Virus record (IMG/VR): IMGVR_UViG_3300035204_001773
Span: 32,001 to 96,000 of that record
Origin: a virus
Reading direction: 5' to 3' (one strand)
DNA: 64,000 nucleotides
Within the stretch, counting starts at the first letter, position 1. Each line of letters begins with the position of its first letter. Positions 61,101 to 64,000 of this stretch are shown here, in pieces. The notes under the pieces were generated by a model. That model had not been told where the DNA came from. It did not search any database and was given only the letters and a program-made list of their open reading frames with translations. The translations under genes were made by a program, and so were the position numbers.

Positions 61101-61400
61101 TTGGCTAGTATTTAAAATTGTATTAATTTCTGTTAAAGATTTTTCAACCTCCACAGCGGAACTTACCATTTGTCTAAACGCATCTTGAACACCCATAATA
61201 AGACCAGCGGATGCGCCAAAGGCAAGTACACGAGCATTAGAAGCGGCGAGAGATTTTTCAAATTCACCCAGATCCCCCTTGATGCGACCAAGAGGAGCGC
61301 CATCGAAATTTACAGACACAGGTACGCGACTTAGCTTCTTAAGCCTCTTTTCGAGAGGGCTTAAATCACCATGTACCTTGACTGTTACTGATCCGGGCAT
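37167..61400 (-). CDS. Giant (8077 aa) tail tape-measure-like polyprotein with multiple embedded enzyme domains
   Basis: Uninterrupted 24.2-kb ORF. The first ~500 aa match a TP901-type TMP core (VEKSLTEINTIL...GEFARQG...ALILTRISGL...GNAFKTIFTRI). Has coiled-coil/TM blocks, a TMP-like C-terminus (NINVNIDG) and internal enzyme motifs. Confidence 0.85.
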   Translation of the reverse strand: MPGSVTVKVHGDLSPLEKRLKKLSRVPVSVNFDGAPLGRIKGDLGEFEKSLAASNARVLAFGASAGLIMGVQDAFRQMVSSAVEVEKSLTEINTILNTSQNQLTKFGNSLFDVARNTAQSFQTVATAAGEFARQGLGMQETLKRTQDALILTRISGLDAAAAVNAITAAMNGYSRAALNSTEIISKMAQVDQAFAVSSGDLAEAIRRVGSTAAGAGVKFEELLAVITATQQVTARGGNVIGNAFKTIFTRIQRPRVLEALEEIGVQTKKQSGQMMPLMQVLQNLARQYDSLAQSQQAQIAELVGGVFQINILKASLSDLTKEFSIYENALGIATSATDEAIARNEKLNQSFSTLINRTMANLKQAGSKLGEDALAPAIKRVLSGINTVLESTDLGASGESLGSKLSSGMSKGLGEFLKGPGLAVGIMALFKLFDKLRIYAVDAFKTISGGGKHMADQQRIQTQLNSLLAEEPRMLKEIMRGTKSLADVHRDLLEKIRAENREMTNQAKIVAMLAKTMHSTGSFGGGVMFPMKGGGWDVPGKKGGGGNASGNIPNFFYDPYKEETKMARAMGAASGTRAHMSRGTIDGKRVIMNSSEQEFTAKELFQRYGVKPKGLKGGDSAILPKYKPQVQKVLEKTIEKVKKSEFNKFTAVGSVPNFMAAEKEKLKIPRTYLDLTNEKLDPIKKQLKRASGQADILPGGVVNAHHMASILLPDKGGGKRTPTPGVYNVKFNDKAQQTFGAYGVSLKASFPALSAKRAPDSSEAQESINNQIGAEVSRYANQYFKPPADEADIKKYVNKVVGTGQMAQAVGRAFEGSVDALVYDDTDFAKSSSTRWDYMEGRDGGYHKLRHPDTFGVKTPLADAKNSTSQGNMNSMADKLFEATEFGSRIVNTVQTAGSKDWFGIRRGDPKHGGLGLSSKENIKRKNNPIAKVAGLELEGLDPDSYFSGDMGAADKERVDKTIGALLHGSEFSRTAGDEGGEISKDTINSFINEGQFKEQWEHSHALFTRRQEEEKRKSRKALATTASSINALPKYMGHVPAFDSSSMALKASGMIPNFARGVLDFDRSKMDRDSWEELVYDAFQTGKPVSTVMGPAGSGKSTFAGLKSGNKALDKKIPNVGKGVLVTNQSQFDAMDKFAIIHGGESLNNDFFGNVLGMSKRLIGLDKSQEEVRGQRESRLSTSHRDDARSHEQLAGTLDAPIDYTAFYDEVEKARPDLKRHKGKTYNVFRGNVPNFLSSNRGRRVVPNYVRPRDLEDGEVVNLEDYDENLGTYPADMPSRSFAFPWSVKKSTLTSRGEDYKASQAPVTVATARGAGSRQAITQGEGTNAVIRRQLESQGVNVDRVITSGSMFNDMKVMDNPDFSTIDPETGLEVGLVRKKDFIQGGRFHGQFEKLGEDGWPEGQGSRQWRYLNAAQKKTLLMARMSKKAKEAGKSPELVLYDDAKANIEEIERLNMTGVRGVQTFETPFANRGANPGGIERSKRASGFIPNFARPSGWKKHHKPDGGFDGGPSYLMLPANPGDPEYDEEVSRLSRLTVRDLMDAGHPKPHWPKGQEPFEGMTEMNDVQSLYDSPLTTRGWKYNPTGQTFKSPEDAISHARGLRLRVAGGFVPNFEDRTEGNYHLLLGPDKKVIDRSREGKSVSQEHVRLLKKAREMGKGHVVTDPDMIDTTTGQRVAGGFVPSFASSMRTTKGLSTSLRSAQKKESQIDHYDANALWRYAPSLGTYVHESDNRGTGPKRKLSWVRDHIDKSGAQGSALGAMGDKQAMAAWGNVPNFAADKTITLADGTVINLSKGERAPHYTPVLTMGTRAPGQSGGSAEEPSEISSRHKSSRVQRYGLDPKVFDSGIRDRFYDKVEQQVSGTVLPNMGTWFIDEAGPGMTVKQSYGGDEEAALQDPDFKNQLAQVTGKLQSKFAVGGMKLPVGTKRDLAGALWEGMIHGMTTAQKTTVGGRTPPQDTVSGKPYTAGEEPIDISNERIQEEFGGMFTPGMPMQGLEIKATDFDSDDLKSKEPHYLYEMGLNSSEISALQTGKSGDPAYDQALVRANNLHKDHIARIGKKKLVAKYAGNIPNFFERFKGTTPTGNEVDKDLIRKEETLWARLKRTIKSFIPKQDNKRPSSQKMSARNLGNLLNEDEIKNSINSLKEFFNEYSPKISGDNIFGIGAKGHSFIEAVFTGNEPEFRSLGAIDEQGNIQPTREETEKNRKNRREHFHQLEIKARQTLRRKGVNLYGMSQQDEEAAIRKQVMRDLSEAEQAEYLQMGGVDKRAGGTGKGRAGGFVPNFEKWARGQDLKNDSVAFSADGGKTATYDPRAGTRFHFQAAAYLKGRRESHAGEGGFINAGPGSKFNGRDVNDGRSESSQEAHRELMGALAGDMGGMGFGRGHVPSFARKLRTLVGAPGVGKSTWLKENAPKDFIVSRDDIVNQVTKDMGLTYDDSFETPAAGTRLGQTHPKYGKAVINPEYDEEKAEQQPWIPKLIWDKIGQVRSEIQNKFDKRVAEAGKSGKDISVDMTNMSARERSMSLNMFDENDIKGYEKQAVVFSDISQLPDEKQQQVISAVKAITARRAELTKAKGGSKTIPDAAIEGMFNRFEAPTLDEGFDKITNINDVERILQLAKPENLANMKSLGFIPNFLNLFRGYKEGEYQYGEDGRPDMSYTNVGWSDWKQETVTTTRQAGEGNTPEESLRSFEGWLADQSVRTKSQPGVASLSRSEGVAQRWGEHRGAMLELTPGDEEVGSAPEIPPADGSPGTAGELARRSEASSGLRETKHGTKRLMNREKTRRWLGLQLGAGRNGQEAVARLIDLAMKKAIYFDVQHWNGPDQELQKISAGGWQHHSPRSEQEVKRIGGIHGARGYVPNFADGHFTRSAWTPGIKEQVAKAEEREINALSVREDISRQEAKSHIFLGQDKRITANPLNLGVGNDIDEKKGLGQGVSRALKEGKNPNTYGIAAAGYIPNFLDDDEEGGFARWLKEKETTLTSGKMGAAVRAGGHLTKGVLGSPLSGLEPAVKTMEKEVKALVKTLKTMKKGSDEYNVTLAQLEQVESELVKVEGDKANLSGKTTVTASSMRSAGEEVGIGAAGLSDVRRERVDSDISSDQLSRSFMMSQIGMSLGEIVPEAKGVTDTLVGMQNSFSAIVAVLPGTFGRVVGGAAALAVGIDKATAWIRDIAMNAKDMAKDAETAKEKYTEINDAMSQYMSTWDQLNSAKQDGAAPFETMRRLDKKLLDLMGSITAIDEEAGMAMGMAVSANQLKEAYEKARQRLEEDRNQKVAGDNLTKRQQQGNAGVLKTLAEGLTLGMMDFGNPYETGGTFGTKRSKIDNKAAEEDAKEVLSSIGAFSNRDAMTKLAGGPGLKSAGDDASAIISILENAGLSLNANAQQGIQNLEGKGGLTILAKEMDKLIQAQKENSDKHDESNAAREKARKQSEKLKEALDQAKQGFVEAQRNFNDALMFVTKIKDIEGGARRRVDIEGLKGGMGMMRRGTMGASAFGLQVKTAGIRNDQFTKAQDATRGARGKQLSEFQSELTKLQEKKKGSQADDIGRISQEFTAMMEKNKDLSATETADAIKKFTERSDVTSALGPKLINRLVRSSREEGQKVLRQLKELSINTQAQIDIAKQAFEFEKQERQRKRDVSMLGGMDGLLDPDKQTADIEGFLEGLIRMQKTQEAGADFKGQQAKGTAEMLRGLKGLMGGSLFGGREEAQVKAGGGVETAEEVQRRLQIEFPDLMKFRGDFIKQMGKDRSNQLNMMADQAEAAGAPRGVVAGMRREAGRAEESVANVFDEEFMTGAIDKQQLQQLKSIDGRLGSLPKDLASAINFDPQAALTSASTDMGAARRGVQGAQDAYDQFEREGDREANKKKLKDAKRDADMQVGQLAMDPQMMAAMGGMDAKQRKRTLKNIFETEGAGSAADIANMLKAPGAGRKFGISSTHARGLQGVFDQAAREQRDGEDSPFSIGQRVKKPRVATQTAKTLDENLQAHQKLGQLQAQKRRIENELQAADERDRGPIRARLRQTESEIEALREKQSRAAHGFVPGGGGLSASIERSQALEGGYRAGAIKNMKISGVGNVTYNSAESVVSVPGISQPFINPPEFSKAGKAHKQRSKAAWGINPYTVASDGYTPGEKITYKVPSLAAGGSPSPIEVFAPSPDLLPSTDGLRKVEVKYDKLEKWYSEWHDAIARNPDIVNHTELTSDNVLDWQKYDNVKQRIKSSTGINLTPQIALNMPMGAVGMNNTKDFIDRVKSEQEEIRKGNLSNFSLFRGQNEFFTLGQPKENLPGFLHIPEQGGRTRSEFVRGARKMGNQVYHLRTPSQPSVSVSSGTSINEFHGMLQSNGIAKNSGEWTRLMYSFIQKNNPKEKWSEEANKWGINAGSLGGIAAASKARTKQEMMGRGGAHKPVKGSDGNTYANLSPIREYLTSLRNDPETGRDPRAQRELTRRYIQQYYGPKDWKRAYRYLYSLETGIPAYQLGALGDSGGLDERTAIWAFGQTGGRDPKIDGTLGDPSNLSGASLMPAGRGRPVGFDPATGRFLHEDQRKWLQDRGKLRVDHGRKTYAQGMVPMSFAAGGFVPGTGSFGQVYQADIWNKLGMGGTKFTNQEKLDMLDLYDDLLKGRSRGLIDSLPGGTSVRGGVANVLDRRSGHHSTWFGARGGPLGTGGSRKQMVLDTPMGGQAINLAGEEEHSWRAMNAFYAGLSPYFMGSALTDAPEKVKQKKPKKAAQVKKDSKNNWVRNTAKWFTNLGKKTSAGLGGVGMSIKEAMNMASRYKMPFNIKDTWRSWKSSMAEGARKIGGPIVDKVKGMGAGALNKLHGKLFTNYFAEGKIGKLVGGMSKRYAMFESIKLSNLYEQNMAKKTGSPTGVLGESIKKDYANAVKQNWDITKQNTTNKPGGASGARWGGWWDATKNQVVVDDEIVKAGKQKGGAGQMARNVQRGLIVHEMTHALESGKAAQNLGGEASKNAASQYLLKSMGAQVELSQQQAGVGQKGGAAEHRMGTMSPDEFMRQRLGDTAPDKSLMDQAKTSTKGGFSKRAWMKRTHRQVMGGLGEAYNKALATGKSVTVSPSRLAMNAFSGLPPEMADQFSKMLSQQMNDIEIKPGDKRFLNKDGSFSRQKLFKMVKGQAGYQRMIKEIGNRVQLGSIDEEYKTYSTQRMAERMGAKGNWVMAKDFLKVAVPHLLREKNVHPSQLKERFMNFAREKFGRVPKTTALSIHGEKNMGTIQADSNKPALKMSEKFFNSRAGRMLTGLADLRKSPLYRGVKFTGGQISDLSKKFTNLSRSPILKALRGYKQDFSRGKRFTGKMKFDEIKNQKEQIKSRNRMTRIGASVGSAESLAKSIKSQVSKATGSVKTNFWNQVGAFKHGYTGGAKGAFVATDSALRTEGLGKGAAASVQHLKSALGQGQQFAKNLVNMQKSPILNKIIEGHAGAKGMLGDFKHGFKSGNLRKFNIAMPGAPEVKASGAQKLGATFKNLSTSLVDGIGRGKDNFKTWSKSKLNSMKARFNQTELVKGYRFGAGQPTGRQHGGFQGKVEHSRMRKFGAGIKGGQDLVKKLQHQIATGLVDAGETVKSSPVGKAVGSVHKAAASFFDFNRSPLVSKGKKFRGDFSRARRFFGKLSGPQRNSLMAMPEFKSRSLATKLGIKTIQAGDFLKNLFGTPKQAAQLQAATSGTKIDTSGLDKKKPTLAERLRKPYDNFKRGRRFMQKISPEERQNQRAQMKTRDAYTKAGMKSVLAMDYMKNLKKKLGSIPGRLKEAGGKSFADIKKGWKAGALNLDKPERMKFSKEGSGYRGRLVRNTIPMEQLKKGPAANNMSRSEWLARRARIGAGVTKEWLKNLPSRFGGLMNKHLQKSPVMEGFKIGRQGGRGEEMRRLFPDARTGLPGGKREGMFGALGRMTGRFASQLPLVAKGENFWTGKRSLVPSWITEGAREQAMTPKERKAHERKEAAKDRRLARRALQDPNVLKDQLGLTDDQIKLLQKKGLLKKLGSARSFDKVIASLAEQTKSAKKGHGKNRLRIRELSAMNKAANFSVGRSANDGAGGKWSGSVRAPSSRVSSLAAILTDRSMSRAGGGPSARGNVVELSQQNVERMKALDPDFKQEGGKARAKLETNARSSDPKVAGKAKFALANRGYKAGAMGLKGVGKGAMGFGNPHDVNIRKAVAQFEKTRARIEKKVGNGSMSYSKGQNMLKAAWTKHVEGGKNTPLDKVAALPPDKSGRSGAQKLGRLMMAKAGPDSGLLEKQLQAIEKDPGRRSADATKQRNAQLGRLQADALKTEQNMKVKADQELLARRLDAASKDLAKGIEGRRDGKVKTAMKTIGKLSHKIGLYRPEQGGLMSRTLFGNNYKQMWQMGKQKWGFGGGKFGGGTIGRDLRGGAVGIGAGLATGWIGKYLMQNENKTIAKIGEGIATYGGYGVGTYMIMRGLEKEAQQRAAKELAEGAIEQSVKSGSKKSAVKKAADFFTDASDKGLRGAAYKKAGEGLDKVAKKGGIWKSVKASKSGQWTKGMAKKFGGSSAIRGLGVGIVGQMIGSHFVNKAYAKEMEGLQGRMEKGGVDGADATVEMHQLQLQKDRVATGTRLGIDILAMGPALLAGGPVGAAIWVAMTAATLADHFRRQKDMKADEAGAKINAAIARAGEKDHGIRQQLASALWDEVLTQPGSQNRFGLSLNFGEGENAALIYDAEKAASTQKLMSNLIQTGTTASADSSALIDMEKELLRISPEEMRNMSDRLEHYTGKSGKELAAMEPSERAEYIKNNADLAWYDKLSSLGMGDDPEGFAQRTAALFAQQAEMRKASGRFASLEELDSGKLPEATAKRNKILSEMKDIPGLPDEVKMMFKVGEEMNKLDMREEATKAQFKHLEREQMGQSWYEGIDKTMMPGRMQSNIDAQNEVAGRKRDLKAIAEQSRAGRMGGKYHKAMQEGNLVDAEEMLKRGGANEAAIKAWREKMKKMPAMKEKIEARETQLVSQQYVDKNTGKTIKKTQLYKAADGKTYYMSGGRRVEAITRGSFVQDLSATGAIKVEEGDDGESIVRDHRGNILARGSGAKLMDQLHKNIFTGKEGKGDSRLTRKELSEVEIERKMDAKKYGTQGNQRLGVISRAGQTKDMGQMLSMDIQGNAEMIRRTKDPILKRKLQDSQRKTMRKKMLWSIQNAAQEFKEAPNNPPWVKQAAAARFAKIAGNQVAFAQRFGIDFKIGNMKQMMIDDWGGGDRNAITAENWINTEEALEHSLGISQQGFTYGKASGHALDYVRGKYQSARGEKKEKYRDMLEDQKKRASDNMAKSFARQQVAQQKLRALEIRGQGLDSSQAVPDTLLQSLGLSQYAGQKMSMAKVKSALRAERNRHSDMVQAESVRGGKASIDRSGVDVSLADLSMAGAGGFAGGTLLENPQLMTEFGLGGGQSVDPLTGQPGKPSTLFEAAGIDPLMAASPYGQRFKGVALQMLAGGQEAAQLQQAMKSTNDPAMQKRYAKELEKIKLKNQKLKAALEASKQYWQKTLVSDLTVGPGAGPDKAFLADAVTRFGKDLTPEQKTQAAGALFNTGPEGIAQAQRIAGEIRDQITQKRVGDYFNQYENTQAFGNQGKTVGQKKRADDTKLFGQLMVGTGMEMEKLAGGTSVGYEDDPDNLAAMKMFQLMKDANIPPKDFLFNMAKQTGMSEEDMQTPAFRKWLNTTSSAYAEEWQRQETATGVGTKGFSQSGFNKAVGNARDRIEGYVVREGVGSRGVGVKGRDSKGELGGTRKNSFFRDGGTVKVGKGDQASEWKLDPETGEWMKLLTIPGKEEKQWRYVDPSEVSEFQGQVYGEIAQMDPTAGKSGQVLDDALARMSNAELEQLANLKMAKTVLDEERRRRGVKGGQNLAKGFIPNFARGSGSAGKHRGFIPNFSSQLEEAKDREITALMGRGYSKSDAEGSVYVAEHPAIKSNNLRIQGIAAKGYVPNFGVGVFNRIDEPQGPDQGISRARSEGANVNTYGSRTGGVPNFSSGRAAGFVPNFEAATQQINMAATSFGEEISKAAESLSANLEGRSRKDEIEQIRNIGGDSNQTANINVNIDGTVQAIPNAIAQAVIDWSKGNILKGGGYFPPNRTS
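37452..37847 (-). repeat. C-terminal cluster of five G-x-[VI]-P-N-F repeats
   Basis: GFIPNF 37830, GFIPNF 37779, GYVPNF 37611, GGVPNF 37488, GFVPNF 37452. Confidence 0.92.
52524..59753 (-). repeat. Dispersed peptide repeat G-x-[VI]-P-[NSA]-F: 15 copies plus 1 degenerate copy
   Basis: Copies (lowest coordinate) at 59736, 59427, 58272, 58224, 57690, 56922, 56556, 56346, 56070, 55182, 54552, 54237, 53502, 52821, 52524; VVPNY at 57651. Codons vary between copies, so conservation is at the protein level. Confidence 0.92.
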
Positions 61401-61439
61401 TTTTCCTAAAAATCCTAATAAAACGTGGGTGTTCTATTG

Positions 61440-61460
61440 TATAATATTACACACATTTTC
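61440..61460 (-). promoter_or_regulatory. Candidate late-promoter motif (GAAAATGTGTGTAATATTATA) upstream of the TMP gene
   Basis: In the 61-bp intergenic gap; shares GTGTAATAWT with 2092-2107; AGGAAAA immediately precedes the ATG. Confidence 0.4.
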
Positions 61461-61461
61461 T

Positions 61462-62691
61462 TTAAGAAATTGCCTTATTCTTTTCGTGATTTTCGAGAAT
61501 CTCTGCTTCTTCTTCGGTAATATCGCCCGATTCTTTGAACTCTTTTAATTTCTTTAAGGATTCATGATCCCCTTCTTTTGCGGATTGTAAAGTAAATTTT
61601 CTATTATGCGCCAGTATTTCTTGGTGTTTCTTTTCTTTTTCGACTGGATCGATATTAGAACAGTCTACGTTATGAATTCTCAATAGATCATAAATGTCAA
61701 AGTCGCCCTTTTCATCTTTGACCTTCTCAAGCTCACTAGCGAGATCTACTATATCTTCTCCGCCCTCACGCCTAGATTCCATTTCTTTCTTATCTAACCC
61801 GGGCTGAGAAGTTCCCCCTACCCATTCATCATTTTCCGCTTTGTCAGCGGTGCTCTTAGCTCCTCCCGGCTGCCCCATTTTCGCTTGGGAATAGTACCAA
61901 TTTACTAACTTATCAGGATCATCGTACCAAGTAGCGGGTGGAGTTATTCCGTCTTTGCTATTCTCTAAAAGATTTTTGTACATTTTTCCTTGACTTAATA
62001 ATTCTGATTGAAATATGGTTAGTTCAAGAACTGTCTTGTCGAAGAATATTCTTGGGTCGCCGGTGGACAAAAAATATTTATTTAGAAAATAAGGTTGAGT
62101 AGCTATTCTCTGAATGTTCCTACTATCGAAATTTTGAAAAACCAAATTATACTCTGCAATTAAATTATTTAGATCTACTTGGTCTATGTATTCGAAGGTT
62201 TCTTCGGTAAAGTATTGCTCTTTACATTCTGTGTCTGTATAAAAAGAATGATATATATTTAAATCACTATGTTTTCTTATTAAGTGATCCTCTAAAGTTA
62301 CGCCTAATATCGATTTTCTTCTATTTTCAATTTTTGATAACTTCGCATGCGCTTCATCAATATTTTTTTCATAGACGTGTTTTTCTAGATTCCCCACTTT
62401 TTCTTTAAGGGCGCTTTGATTATCTATGAATTTTTTAGTTGATTTGAACTCGGCCTCTTCCTCCGGTGTCCAATTTTTGTTTTTTATACACTCTTGTATT
62501 TTTTCAGCTTCCACAAGGAGCCCGTTCGCTCTAGCTTTTTCTGAGTATTCATCTAGCTCATATTCGACAATAGATATGTCATTATCATTAAAATGTTTAA
62601 TGTATAGATCGAACTCTTTAGAGTAAGAATACCCTCTTATTATATCAGAGTAATATACCCTTAGCTTTCTTCTGAGCTCTGCGAGGTCCAC
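61462..62691 (-). CDS. Probable tail assembly chaperone-like helical protein
   Basis: Directly upstream of the TMP; charged coiled-coil; weak similarity to 62695-63819. Confidence 0.5.
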   Translation of the reverse strand: MDLAELRRKLRVYYSDIIRGYSYSKEFDLYIKHFNDNDISIVEYELDEYSEKARANGLLVEAEKIQECIKNKNWTPEEEAEFKSTKKFIDNQSALKEKVGNLEKHVYEKNIDEAHAKLSKIENRRKSILGVTLEDHLIRKHSDLNIYHSFYTDTECKEQYFTEETFEYIDQVDLNNLIAEYNLVFQNFDSRNIQRIATQPYFLNKYFLSTGDPRIFFDKTVLELTIFQSELLSQGKMYKNLLENSKDGITPPATWYDDPDKLVNWYYSQAKMGQPGGAKSTADKAENDEWVGGTSQPGLDKKEMESRREGGEDIVDLASELEKVKDEKGDFDIYDLLRIHNVDCSNIDPVEKEKKHQEILAHNRKFTLQSAKEGDHESLKKLKEFKESGDITEEEAEILENHEKNKAIS

Positions 62692-62694
62692 GCA

Positions 62695-63819
62695 TTAACC
62701 CTCTTCCTTGTTTTCGTTAGGCTTGTTATCCGCTTTCGGCTTGCCTTTTCTAGGCTTTCTTTTTTTTGTTGATTTTTTAAGTGGTTCTTTATCGGCAGGC
62801 TTCTCTTCAACGACTTCTTTTTTTACCACTTCTTCCTCAACCGTTTCTTCTTCAACCGTTTCTTCTTCAACCGCGCCCTTTACAACTGTAGGGGGGTCTT
62901 TGCTTAGCTCTTCCTCAACCGCCTCTTCTAATACTGATTCTGCAGCTTTATCAGCAGCGTCTTGTTCCTCTTGTAGATCTCTAATTTCTCTTTCCTCCTC
63001 TTCAACATCTTCTAATGACTCCATGTCTTCTGTGTCCTCCCCCATAGATGAATCAGATTCTTTATAGATGTCCATGGCTCTATCGAAGTCTTCTTTATCT
63101 GTCGCTTGGCCCGAATACCAAAAACTTATAAAGTAGGCCAGCTTTTTTATAATCTCATCCCAAAAGGGTTCTTCTTTACTTTCAATTTCGTCATAAATGT
63201 CAGCCTTTTCATCAAACGAATCACCCGGGAAAATAGCTTGTCCATTCATATACCCCAACTGAAGAACCCACCACATAAGAACTTGGTTCCTCGCTCTATT
63301 CTCTGCGGTTTGATTAAACAGAGACGCTTGAGCTTCTTCAATATCTCTTAAATTTTTTCTTAATTCCAGAATATCATACAAAGACTCTACTAGTTTAGAT
63401 TCTTTTTCTTCGGGGTCTAAATTATCCAAGTTGAGTTGGACTCTTTGATATTCGTTTTCTTTATCTAAAAGGGCGTAATAAATTTGAAAATATTCCTCCT
63501 TCTCTCTTTCGCTCATTGAGCCGCCGTCATCTTCGTACCTCTTAGCGAGCAAGGCTTTCGTAAGGAGCCCAGCTTTTATACCTTCTGATAATTTTACTCC
63601 ATAAAATAACTCCGCGTCATCATACTGTCTTCTGCTTGGTCTTTTAATAGCGACTTTTTCCGAAATGACTTCTGACACCGTTTTTGTAGTAACTACCTTT
63701 TCTCCGTCTTCGTTCTGTGATTCTACTTTCTGCTCTGAATCAATCGATCTCTTAACGTCGAAAGTGTACATGTATTTACTCTTTACCTGCGGCCTTTTTC
63801 CCTTACGTTTTTTGCTCAT
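62695..63819 (-). CDS. Probable tail assembly chaperone-like protein with acidic then basic low-complexity tail
   Basis: Two genes upstream of the TMP; helical core and E/K-rich C-terminus. Confidence 0.5.
   Translation of the reverse strand: MSKKRKGKRPQVKSKYMYTFDVKRSIDSEQKVESQNEDGEKVVTTKTVSEVISEKVAIKRPSRRQYDDAELFYGVKLSEGIKAGLLTKALLAKRYEDDGGSMSEREKEEYFQIYYALLDKENEYQRVQLNLDNLDPEEKESKLVESLYDILELRKNLRDIEEAQASLFNQTAENRARNQVLMWWVLQLGYMNGQAIFPGDSFDEKADIYDEIESKEEPFWDEIIKKLAYFISFWYSGQATDKEDFDRAMDIYKESDSSMGEDTEDMESLEDVEEEEREIRDLQEEQDAADKAAESVLEEAVEEELSKDPPTVVKGAVEEETVEEETVEEEVVKKEVVEEKPADKEPLKKSTKKRKPRKGKPKADNKPNENKEEG
62829..62873. repeat. Short 15-bp tandem repeat (~3 copies) encoding VEEET
   Basis: tcaaccgtttcttct repeated within the acidic tail coding region. 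Confidence 0.7.
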
Positions 63820-63998
63820 TCTTTTTCCTTGTTCTTTTGTTCTTTGAAATCTACTTCAATCAAATCCATAAATTTCTCTATGTCTCTAATGCCTTCGTTT
63901 CCAAGATCTAAAATCTTTTTCCTTATATAATTATATTTGTCAGGAGTGAAATAATCAATCTTTTCTACGAACTCTTTAGAAGTTTCTTCTTCGACTTT
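63816..63998 (-). CDS. 3' end of a hypothetical protein (truncated by window edge)
   Basis: Open frame KVEEETSKEFVEKIDYFTPDKYNYIRKKILDLGNEGIRDIEKFMDLIEVDFKEQKNKEKE*; stop overlaps the next ATG. Confidence 0.65.
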   Translation of the reverse strand, partial: KVEEETSKEFVEKIDYFTPDKYNYIRKKILDLGNEGIRDIEKFMDLIEVDFKEQKNKEKE

Positions 63999-64000
63999 TT

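Noticed and set aside
37306-61548. Dozens of short plus-strand ORFs opposite the giant gene (and similar antisense ORFs elsewhere)
   Set aside because: They are antisense shadows of long coding frames, with biased low-complexity composition and no recognisable motifs.
1-64000. Alternative genetic code or tRNA genes
   Set aside because: Standard code gives dense, full-length ORFs using all three stop codons, and no intergenic gap shows a tRNA-like sequence.

Overview
This 64 kb window comes from a large tailed dsDNA phage; there are no rRNA, tRNA, CRISPR or host housekeeping loci. It has three blocks. (1) 498-2069 (-): a small membrane/lipoprotein cassette. (2) 2140-21299 (+): an early/middle block. 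Replication and recombination genes (RecA, DUF559-like nuclease, DnaB, DnaG, PD-(D/E)XK exonuclease, DnaE split into separate PHP and core genes, DnaQ-like exonuclease, probable Whirly-like SSB, Rad52-like annealing protein) are interleaved with nucleotide-sugar and glycosyltransferase genes. Four sigma70-type promoters here appear to give leaderless mRNAs. (3) 21306-64000 (-): a convergent late block of probable tail genes. Its centrepiece is an 8077-aa tape-measure-like protein (TMP). About 20 copies of a G-x-[VI]-P-[NSA]-F linker punctuate it and bracket cassettes with recognisable catalytic motifs: two PD-(D/E)XK nucleases, two P-loop kinases, a HAD phosphatase, an R-S-E ADP-ribosyltransferase and several orphan domains. 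An HExxH peptidase lies further along. The best candidate for an undescribed system is a tape-measure polyprotein that is cut at a repeated linker to deliver enzymes into the host. All family calls come from reading motifs by eye; no database searches were run.
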